Source: Mycobacteriales bacterium (GTDB lineage Bacteria > Actinomycetota > Actinomycetes > JALYNC01). From it: 44,690 nucleotides of DNA. A model generated the notes under the pieces. The model was not told the origin of the DNA and ran no database searches. It worked only from the letters and a program-made list of their open reading frames with translations. The stretch's first letter is position 1. The number at the start of each line of letters is the position of its first letter. A program made the position numbers and the translations under genes. The stretch lies in contig JBPCOB010000133.1 of NCBI GenBank assembly GCA_051000715.1, positions 1 to 44,690 on the forward strand. Reading direction: 5' to 3'. Below are positions 7,295 through 13,218 of this stretch, in pieces.

Positions 7295-7590
7295 GAATGT
7301 TTCGCGGCGACCTGCTCCCCGACCTGCAGATCACCTGCACCGACAACGACGCCCCCGTCGACCTGACCACCGCTACCGGCATCCGAGTCATCGGCGTCAC
7401 AGCTGGCAAAGTCCTCTTCGACCGGGCCGTGACCGGCACAGCCAGCGGCCTGGTCACGATGGTCTGGGAGACGGCCGACACCGCCGCACCCGGACGCGTC
7501 GCCGTCGAGGTCGAGGTCACCTGGCCCGGGGTGCGTCCGCAGACTTTCCGGCCCGCGCAGGTTGTCGACATCGTTGCCGACTACGCCTGA
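7291..7590 (+). CDS. small beta-rich hypothetical protein (tail-accessory/Ig-like character), last gene of the late operon
   Basis: ORF 7291..7590 with ATGA overlap with the upstream gene. The pattern DLTTATGIRVIGV...VTMVWETADTAAPGRVAVEVEVTWPG resembles small baseplate-associated N-domains (weak). Confidence 0.6.
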   Translation: MRMFRGDLLPDLQITCTDNDAPVDLTTATGIRVIGVTAGKVLFDRAVTGTASGLVTMVWETADTAAPGRVAVEVEVTWPGVRPQTFRPAQVVDIVADYA

Positions 7591-7609
7591 ACCAACGCTC
7601 TCACCACCA

Positions 7610-7642
7610 CCCCCGTCACCCTTCCGTGGCGGGGGTCTTGTC
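7610..7642 (+). terminator. hairpin terminator candidate 1 after the late operon
   Basis: CCCCCGTCAC (7610-7619) pairs with GTGGCGGGGG (7626-7635). This gives a 10-bp stem with one G-U and loop CCTTCC, followed by TCTTGTC. Confidence 0.5.
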
Positions 7643-7714
7643 ATGTGCGGCAGACAGCAGGTACTGTCTGGAGTTCTAGCTGGGCTAACGCTCATACGGG
7701 ATGGGCTCCGGACC

Positions 7715-7759
7715 CGCCCCGCCACCTCACGGATGGCGGGGCGTATTTTTATGTCTTTT
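7715..7759. terminator. strong intrinsic terminator (plus strand, U-tract), possibly bidirectional for the convergent minus-strand operon
   Basis: CGCCCCGCCA (7715-7724) pairs perfectly with TGGCGGGGCG (7734-7743), with a 9-nt loop, followed by TATTTTTATGTCTTTT. Confidence 0.75.
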
Positions 7760-7804
7760 GGGCACTCAAGAGGCGCCGACGGCGGGGGCTTTCGCGCGTC
7801 CGGG

Positions 7805-8206
7805 TCAGGAAGCGTCGCAGGAGACAATGGCGTACTGCCCAGATGCAGTGTTCTTGGCGACCTGCTTGCCGTCGACCGTCACCGAGCATGTGATCGTGCC
7901 TCGGCCCTGGTTCTGCGCAGACAGGCTGTAGACCGAGAAGAACTCGTCCTTCACGGTGAACGCCTTGGTCCAGGGCAGCTTCTGGCCGTTCTCCTGGGAG
8001 ATGTTCGACCCGTCAGGCGTAGTGGAGAATGTCATGTCGGCACGCTTGGCCGTCCCACCGATCTTGTAGATGACCTTCGTCGTTGCGCTATCGGATCCAC
8101 CGCCGGACCCACCGCCACCACTGAGCGAGACCGCGACCACGACCACGATGATGACCACGACCAGGGCCACGATGCCCAGGCAGCCGACCTTGAAGATGCG
8201 TCCCAT
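7805..8206 (-). CDS. MmpS-like small membrane protein (N-terminal TM anchor plus beta-rich ectodomain with two Cys)
   Basis: ORF 7805..8206 minus. Features are the TM segment GCLGIVALVVVIIVVVVAV, a Gly/Ser linker, then VIYKIGGTAKRADMTF...QKLPWTKAF...ITCSVTVDGKQVAK...AIVSC, a typical MmpS pattern. Confidence 0.6.
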   Translation of the reverse strand: MGRIFKVGCLGIVALVVVIIVVVVAVSLSGGGGSGGGSDSATTKVIYKIGGTAKRADMTFSTTPDGSNISQENGQKLPWTKAFTVKDEFFSVYSLSAQNQGRGTITCSVTVDGKQVAKNTASGQYAIVSCDAS

Positions 8207-8265
8207 GAAGTCCCCCGTCCAGGGATCGAGTGCATTGGTCCGGCCACCGTACGCCTAATCGAGTG

Positions 8266-8275
8266 GTCATGAGAT
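8266..8275. repeat. 10-bp direct repeat GTCATGAGAT, copy at the stop codon of the HNH-like gene
   Basis: The identical decamer occurs at 8676-8685, overlapping the start codon of the same gene. Confidence 0.8.
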
Positions 8276-8680
8276 GACGTCGGCGGCCAAGACGGACCAT
8301 AGAAGGTCTGCCGACCTGCCGCCACCCCTGTGCGCCAACGCCACCACCCGCCCCCAGACGATGCGCTCCCACCTGTTCATCTGATCCCACCCTTCCGGCC
8401 AGCTCATCGGGGGGTCACCTAGCAGGGCGCTCCCGAGTATGCCCAGGTTTGCGAGGCGTCGCACGGCCGTGAGCCCCTCCTTGGCAGGCAATCCTCTGAG
8501 CCCACCGCGATCCTTGAGGTCGTGGCAGGTAACGCAAGCTGGGACCACTTCTTGCCCGCCTGCACACCGAGGGACTGGCGCGTGGTCGTGTTCGTGGCGA
8601 GTGCGTCCGAACGGGGCTGAGCAGTAGAAGCAACGCTCGCAGTCATCGTTTGCTAGCGGGGAATCGAGAGGATCTGTCAT
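8267..8680 (-). CDS. HNH-motif zinc-finger protein with uncharacterised C-terminal domain (137 aa)
   Basis: Start is the cat at 8678-8680. Motif is CERCFYC...HEHDHAPVPRCAGG...VPACVTCHDLK (CxxC, HxxDH, GG, CxxCH). The 234-aa ORF-track version runs antisense into the recombinase gene. Confidence 0.6.
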   Translation of the reverse strand: MTDPLDSPLANDDCERCFYCSAPFGRTRHEHDHAPVPRCAGGQEVVPACVTCHDLKDRGGLRGLPAKEGLTAVRRLANLGILGSALLGDPPMSWPEGWDQMNRWERIVWGRVVALAHRGGGRSADLLWSVLAADVIS

Positions 8681-8685
8681 GAGAT
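8676..8685. repeat. 10-bp direct repeat GTCATGAGAT, copy at the start codon of the HNH-like gene
   Basis: See 8266-8275. Confidence 0.8.
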
Positions 8686-8706
8686 CTAGTCTACGCGTGC
8701 GTGACC

Positions 8707-8712
8707 TATAAT
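8707..8712 (+). promoter_or_regulatory. perfect TATAAT -10 box, candidate leaderless promoter for recombinase 2
   Basis: TATAAT lies at 8707-8712, and the ATG at 8720 lies 7-8 nt downstream, which is the geometry of actinobacterial leaderless transcripts. No convincing -35 was found. Confidence 0.4.
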
Positions 8713-8719
8713 GGTGATT

Positions 8720-9529
8720 ATGGGAATAGGTGAGCCCGTAGACCGTCTCGTCGCCGACTGGCTGGACTACCTCGCGCATGAACGCAACCTGTCTGCGAAC
8801 ACCGTCGCCACCTACGCCCGGACGCTGCGCACCCTTTCCGGCGCGGACACCGCGACACGCGAAGACGTGGAGGCGTGGGCGCGTTCGCGCTCGCACCTGT
8901 CGCCTGCCACCCGGAACAACGAACTCTCGGCTGTTCGGAAGTTCTACCAGTGGTGTCGCATCTGGGGGCACCGGCCGGAGACCGACGATCCGACCCTGCG
9001 CCTGCTCGGGCCGAAGATGGCCAGCGGTCTGCCCCGGCCGATCTCAAGAGACGACCTGAACCGGCTGCTCGACACGTTGAAGGGCGACCTGCGCCGCACG
9101 GTCTGCCTCGGCGCCTATGCCGGGCTACGCGTCAGCGAGGCCGCGGCGCAGGTGTGGGAGGATGTCGACGTCGAGAACCGTCGCGTCCGCGTCACCGGAA
9201 AGGGACAGAAGACTCGACTAGTGGGGCTCTCGTCGCTGTTGCTCGACTCGCTGCTGCCTGACACTGGCGGCAGCGTCGTCACGGCTGGGGAGACGCCCTA
9301 CACGGCGGGAACGTTGCAGCGGAAGGTCAACCGGGCAATCGAGGCGGCAGGTGTGGACGTGACCTATCACCAGCTCCGGCACCGGTTCGGCACAGTAGCG
9401 CTGGGTGCGTCGGGCAACCTGCTCGCGGTGTCGCGGGCGATGGGTCACTCATCTCCGGCGACGACGGCGATCTACGCGGCCACCTCCGACTCTGATCTCG
9501 ACGTGATCGCCGAAGCCGTCACCCGTTAG
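8720..9529 (+). CDS. tyrosine recombinase 2 (XerC/D-like, ~270 aa; alternative start 8711)
   Basis: ORF 8711..9529. The catalytic set is present: AGLRVSE (Arg), GKGQKTR (Lys), HQLRHRF (His-x-x-Arg), GHSS (His), AIYA (Tyr). There is a SAM-like N-domain WLDYLAHERNLSANTV. Confidence 0.8.
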   Translation: MGIGEPVDRLVADWLDYLAHERNLSANTVATYARTLRTLSGADTATREDVEAWARSRSHLSPATRNNELSAVRKFYQWCRIWGHRPETDDPTLRLLGPKMASGLPRPISRDDLNRLLDTLKGDLRRTVCLGAYAGLRVSEAAAQVWEDVDVENRRVRVTGKGQKTRLVGLSSLLLDSLLPDTGGSVVTAGETPYTAGTLQRKVNRAIEAAGVDVTYHQLRHRFGTVALGASGNLLAVSRAMGHSSPATTAIYAATSDSDLDVIAEAVTR

Positions 9530-10338
9530 GCGGCGGCCGCTAGCATCGCGGCACGCACCGACTCGTCCGGGATCGCGACGTAGATCGCCGTGGTCTCCGG
9601 CTTCGCATGCCCGAGCAGCTCCTGGACGGCGCGCAGGTCGCGGGTGCCCGCGTAGGAGACGGTCGCGCACCGGTGCCTCAGGGTGTGCGTGGTCAGGTCA
9701 TCGGGCAGGCACCGGGTGACAAGCTTCCCAAGATGGTGCGGCGTCAGGTGCCCGCCGTGCGTGGACGGGAACAGCCAGCCCGGTGCGTGCTCGGTGATGA
9801 GCGCGGCGAGCTCGTCGGTCAGCGGCACCATCCGCACGTGCCCGCCCTTGCCGGTCACCCGCAGGCTCGACCCGAGCAGGTCGGGCTCCACGTGCTCGGT
9901 GCGGGTCCGGGCGATCTCGGCGCGCCGCAGGCCGCACTGCCCGGCGAGCAGGACCGCCAGCCGCACCCGTTCGTCGGCGATGGCCAGGGCGAGCCGGTAG
10001 GCGGCTTCCGGCGCCGGTCGTGGCTTCCCGCGGGGGACCCGGACCGGTGGCAGCAGGTGCGCCGGCGATGTGGTGACCCGTCCGGTGGCGGTCGCCCATC
10101 TGTAGAAGGCGCGCAGCGACCCTCGGTAGGCGCGCCGGGTGTTCGGTGCCCAGTCGTGGCCGGCGAGCCACGTCACGAGCTCGTCGAAGGTCAGTGTGGC
10201 CGGCCCTGTGCTCGTCTCCCGTGCGAGCCGGGTCAGGTGGTAGGTGCGTAGTCCGATGGTGGTCTCGGGGGAGCCGGTCGCGCGCAGGTAGTTCTCCCAC
10301 GCCGCGATGTGCTCGGTCCAGGTGCGTGTAGGTGTCAT
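9526..10338 (-). CDS. int: tyrosine integrase (recombinase 1), co-oriented with the repressor, C-terminus ...MLAAAA
   Basis: ORF 9526..10338 minus. Motifs are GLRRAEI (Arg), GKGGHVR (Lys), HTLRHRC, LGHAKP, AIYV (Tyr). Its stop overlaps the stop of recombinase 2 (TTAG at 9526-9529). Confidence 0.8.
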   Translation of the reverse strand: MTPTRTWTEHIAAWENYLRATGSPETTIGLRTYHLTRLARETSTGPATLTFDELVTWLAGHDWAPNTRRAYRGSLRAFYRWATATGRVTTSPAHLLPPVRVPRGKPRPAPEAAYRLALAIADERVRLAVLLAGQCGLRRAEIARTRTEHVEPDLLGSSLRVTGKGGHVRMVPLTDELAALITEHAPGWLFPSTHGGHLTPHHLGKLVTRCLPDDLTTHTLRHRCATVSYAGTRDLRAVQELLGHAKPETTAIYVAIPDESVRAAMLAAAA

Positions 10339-10365
10339 CTACGTCTGTTCCCCCGTGGCCGTGGG

Positions 10366-10725
10366 TCACGCCGCCGCGTAAAGTCGCAGGTCAGCGCGGT
10401 AATGCTCTAGGTCAGCGGGTTCGGGGTTCAAGTCCCTGCTGGCGCACACATCTGCCCCGTTCGGCCCGTTGGGGCTGGACGGGGCGTTTCCGTCTCTGAG
10501 CCATTCCAGCGGCACGCCGGTCCGCATGGCCCACACCTTGAGGTAGGCCGACTTCGGCGGTGCCCCACGGTCGGTCATCCATCGGCTGAGCGTGGCGCGA
10601 CTGACGCCTAGCTCATCGGCCATGTCCTCGACGCTGATGTCTCGCAGTGACATCTTGAGCCGCCACCCCAGCGTGAGCTGTGGGATCGTGCCGACTTCGC
10701 TTCGTAGATTGCTCATAGCAAGCAT
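10366..10725 (-). CDS. HTH immunity repressor (119 aa), C-terminus ...RLYAAA
   Basis: ORF 10366..10725 minus. HTH is SVEDMADELGVSRATLSRWMTDRG. It is divergent from a Cro/Xis-like gene and sits upstream of int in the same orientation. Confidence 0.7.
   Translation of the reverse strand: MLAMSNLRSEVGTIPQLTLGWRLKMSLRDISVEDMADELGVSRATLSRWMTDRGAPPKSAYLKVWAMRTGVPLEWLRDGNAPSSPNGPNGADVCASRDLNPEPADLEHYRADLRLYAAA
10422..10448 (+). other. putative attP common core: mimic of the 3' end of a tRNA gene, located inside the repressor ORF
   Basis: CGGGGTTCAAGTCCCTGCTGGCGCACA reads as T-stem, T-loop TTCAAGT, T-stem CCCTG, acceptor strand CTGGCGC and discriminator A. No D-arm, anticodon arm or 5' acceptor strand lies upstream. 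Confidence 0.6.
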
Positions 10726-10763
10726 GGTGGCCCATGTGACGTATGTGCGTCAAGTGGTCAGGG

Positions 10764-10791
10764 TTGAAAGATTCTCGGGCGTGGCTATTGC
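10764..10791 (+). promoter_or_regulatory. candidate rightward early promoter in the switch region
   Basis: TTGAAA (10764-10769), a 16-nt spacer, then TATTGC (10786-10791). The -10 is weak. TGTGAC/TGTGCG-type short repeats flank it (10735, 10745, 10797, 10806). Confidence 0.3.
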
Positions 10792-10822
10792 GCGCCGTGC
10801 GACATTGTGACATGGTTCCGTC

Positions 10823-11008
10823 ATGGCACACGACGAGCTCATCACCAGCCCCGAAGCCGGAGCCATCCTCTGCCGCTCCGCCCGCACCGTCCACCGACTC
10901 GTCGAAGCCGGCGCGCTGGTCCCCGTCAAGCAGCTCTCCGGCCCCAACGGCGCTTATCTCTTCCGTCGCGCCGATGTCGAAAACTTGGCGAAGAGGGTGC
11001 CGGCATGA
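10823..11008 (+). CDS. small HTH protein (excisionase-family fold), Cro-like or Xis-like first gene of the rightward operon
   Basis: ORF 10823..11008. Motif is ITSPEAGAILCRSARTVHRLVEAGAL...YLFRRADVENL. Confidence 0.6.
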   Translation: MAHDELITSPEAGAILCRSARTVHRLVEAGALVPVKQLSGPNGAYLFRRADVENLAKRVPA

Positions 11009-11280
11009 CACCAGCGGGATATGCAGACGCCAGCCCCAACCTCCGGGCAGATGGAGAGCGAGAGACCGAGTTCCTCTCACCCCGCGTGCTGATGCGTGAG
11101 GCCGCCAAGGTCTGTGACGACCTCGGCCTCAGCATTCGCGGCGCACGTCTGCGCTCGATGATCGACCGCTTCGTCACTGAGGGCCGCGGCGACATCGACT
11201 TCCGCACGTGGTTCATCGCCTACGCCGACCCCACCGGTGAGACCGCAGTCCGCAACGTCATGCGAGAGGAACGGCCATGA
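11005..11280 (+). CDS. hypothetical protein (91 aa)
   Basis: ATG 11005 overlaps the upstream stop (ATGA). Frame of ORF 10807..11280. Confidence 0.6.
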   Translation: MTPAGYADASPNLRADGERETEFLSPRVLMREAAKVCDDLGLSIRGARLRSMIDRFVTEGRGDIDFRTWFIAYADPTGETAVRNVMREERP

Positions 11281-11681
11281 ACAACCACGCGAAGCGCTGC
11301 ATCAAGAACCTCGAAGCGCTCGGCTTCTATCGCGATCACGACGCGCAGACTCGCGGACTCGCCTACCGGCACCCGAACGCCCCCGACCAGGTGCTCAAAG
11401 TGTTCGACCAGATGACGGACTCCACGATCACGTCCGTCATTCGCAAGGCGAACAAGATCGCGGACACCGGCTGGTCCGGCCCACGGCAGCCCGAGACGGT
11501 CAAAGAGCGTGCGCGGGTCACGCACTCCAAGAACAAGTCGCAATGGCAGCGCGAGGACGAGGCGCGCCGAGCACGCGCAGAGGTGGCCGAGCGTGCACAT
11601 GAGGACCGAAGTCGGACCGAAGTCGAGACGGAACATCGCCGCGAAGTTGAAGATCTCATGCAGCCGGGTTACGGCCGATGA
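11277..11681 (+). CDS. hypothetical protein with Arg/Glu-rich C-terminal helix (134 aa)
   Basis: ORF 11277..11681 with ATGA overlaps on both sides. Confidence 0.6.
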   Translation: MNNHAKRCIKNLEALGFYRDHDAQTRGLAYRHPNAPDQVLKVFDQMTDSTITSVIRKANKIADTGWSGPRQPETVKERARVTHSKNKSQWQREDEARRARAEVAERAHEDRSRTEVETEHRREVEDLMQPGYGR

Positions 11682-12604
11682 GCGCCGAGGTCGCCGTCAC
11701 TCCATCGACCGACCTGGCCATCGAGCAGATGGCGCGCATCGACCAGCGCATCGACAGCCATGAGGGCGAAGCACTGCGGGATCGCTGGGAGTTCGGTCGG
11801 CACATGCTCGCCGCACGTGACGGAGCGGGCCGGCTGCCGAACGGCTACCTGTCGGCACTGGTGGGACGCACCGGGAAGAGCCGCGCCGAGTTGAAGTTCA
11901 GGGCACAGTTCGCAGCTACCTACGCCACGGAGGCAGAACTGGCTAACGCGTTAGCCAGTTCCAACTCATGGCGGGGAATCGTCGCAACGCTCAAGAAGGC
12001 CAAGGATGCCGAGGACAACATCATCTCCGCGCCCGAGCCAGCCGCCGGAGGACTGGTCGGGACCATCGTCGCGGACCCGCCGTGGTCGTACGGCAACACG
12101 TCCACCCGTGGTGCCGCCGAGAACCACTACCGGACGATGAGCATTGAGGAGTTGTGCGACCTCGGCGTGGCCCGCGAGCGTGCTGCTGCACAGTCGCATC
12201 TCTATCTCTGGTCCACCGCCGGGCACCTATCCGAAGCCTTCAAGGTGATGGCGGCATGGGGGTTCACCTACAAGACCTATCTCGTCTGGGTCAAGCCGCA
12301 GATGGGGATGGGTAACTACTTCCGAGTCTCCACCGAACTGGTGCTGTTCGGCGTCAAAGGTGGGCTGCGAACCACCGAGCGGAACATCAAGAACTACTTC
12401 ACCGAGCCGCGGCAGAAGCACTCCGCCAAGCCGCTCTCGTTCCAGGACATCGTTGCCAGAACCAGCCCCGGACCCTACCTAGAGCTGTTCGCCCGCTGTC
12501 AGAAAGACGGGCTGTTCGCCGGCTGCCAGAAAGACGGGCTGTTCGCCGGCTGTCTGTGTTCCAAGTGTCGCCTTGGCTGGGAGACGTGGGGGAATCAGTC
12601 ATGA
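11678..12604 (+). CDS. MT-A70 family N6-adenine DNA methyltransferase with ~130-aa N-terminal extension
   Basis: Motifs are IVADPPWSY (DPPW catalytic motif), HLYLW and ELVLFG, with ...YLELFAR...GWETWGNQ at the C-terminus. Confidence 0.8.
   Translation: MSAEVAVTPSTDLAIEQMARIDQRIDSHEGEALRDRWEFGRHMLAARDGAGRLPNGYLSALVGRTGKSRAELKFRAQFAATYATEAELANALASSNSWRGIVATLKKAKDAEDNIISAPEPAAGGLVGTIVADPPWSYGNTSTRGAAENHYRTMSIEELCDLGVARERAAAQSHLYLWSTAGHLSEAFKVMAAWGFTYKTYLVWVKPQMGMGNYFRVSTELVLFGVKGGLRTTERNIKNYFTEPRQKHSAKPLSFQDIVARTSPGPYLELFARCQKDGLFAGCQKDGLFAGCLCSKCRLGWETWGNQS
12495..12548 (+). repeat. 27-bp tandem duplication (2 full units, partial units on both flanks) inside the methylase 3' end
   Basis: gctgtcagaaagacgggctgttcgccg / gctgccagaaagacgggctgttcgccg, with 1 mismatch. 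It encodes CQKDGLFAG twice. Confidence 0.9.
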
Positions 12605-13044
12605 GTGTCGACCGGCTCTCTAAAGGATATGAGCCGCGATGGGACATTGACCTTGCAGCCGGTCAGCAGGGGGAGTTGTTTGTTGCTGACCTCATCAAGT
12701 CACTGGCCTCCGGCTCGGCCAGTGTTGAGGTCAAGACTGATGAAGCGGTTGCTAAGACCGGGAACGTATACGTCGAGTACCAATGTCTGCGCAGCGGGCA
12801 ATGGCATGACAGTGGCATCTCAGCCACGCAAGCGGATCTGTGGGCGTTTGTTCTTCCCGCTCGGGTGCTCATCGTTGCTCCGGTCTCTGCGGTGCGCGAG
12901 ATAGCGCGGCGGAACCATGCGCGGTATCGCCGTGAATGTGTTCGCGGAAGCCACCCGACTAGAGGCGTTGCCATTCCCGTAGGCCGCTTCGTCATGGAGC
13001 TCTACCAGTACGACGTGCCTACACCGTTGGCCGACACCGGTTAG
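12601..13044 (+). CDS. small PD-(D/E)XK-like nuclease-fold protein (147 aa), visibly lower G+C
   Basis: ATG 12601 overlaps the methylase stop. GELFVADLI, then 13 residues, then VEVKTDE fits the D...ExK pattern. Many A/T-ending codons. Confidence 0.45.
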   Translation: MSVDRLSKGYEPRWDIDLAAGQQGELFVADLIKSLASGSASVEVKTDEAVAKTGNVYVEYQCLRSGQWHDSGISATQADLWAFVLPARVLIVAPVSAVREIARRNHARYRRECVRGSHPTRGVAIPVGRFVMELYQYDVPTPLADTG

Positions 13045-13054
13045 CCCCTAAGCC

Positions 13055-13091
13055 CCGGGTGCGCGTGCTAACCCCTGTCGCGCGCACCCGG
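13055..13091. other. perfect 11-bp-stem hairpin flanked by CTAAG direct repeats
   Basis: CCGGGTGCGCG (13055-13065) pairs with CGCGCACCCGG (13081-13091). ctaag lies immediately on both sides. Confidence 0.7.
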
Positions 13092-13098
13092 CTAAGAC

Positions 13099-13146
13099 GG
13101 CCGGCCCCGACTCCTCGGGGATGAGGAGCGTTGGTCGGGGCCGGCC
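13099..13146. other. perfect 13-bp-stem GC hairpin with an inner 5-6-bp stem
   Basis: GGCCGGCCCCGAC (13099-13111) pairs with GTCGGGGCCGGCC (13134-13146). Inner pairing is CTCCTC/GAGGAG. No U-tract follows. Confidence 0.7.
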
Positions 13147-13218
13147 CCCCAGCAGCAGAACCCCCGCCTCAAGCCGACCAGGGGCGAGACGGGGGCACCT
13201 ACAGAAAGAAGGATACCA

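Noticed and set aside
7626-7728. Possible tRNA or tmRNA-like gene: GGCGGGG (7628-7634) and CCCCGCC followed by ACC (7717-7726) look like a 7-bp acceptor stem.
   Set aside because: The intervening 82 nt have no D-arm or T-arm (no GTTCRA-type loop). The only central hairpin has a 7-bp stem and a 6-nt loop, which is incompatible with an anticodon arm. The complementarity is explained by two duplicated terminator hairpins.
8207-8266. Second tRNA-like fragment (ACTCGATCCCTGGACGGGGGA on the minus strand) as an attP for recombinase 2.
   Set aside because: The T-loop and T-stem do not fit tRNA rules. The implied acceptor would start with C or give a non-pairing stem. The segment is simply the RBS region of the MmpS-like gene.
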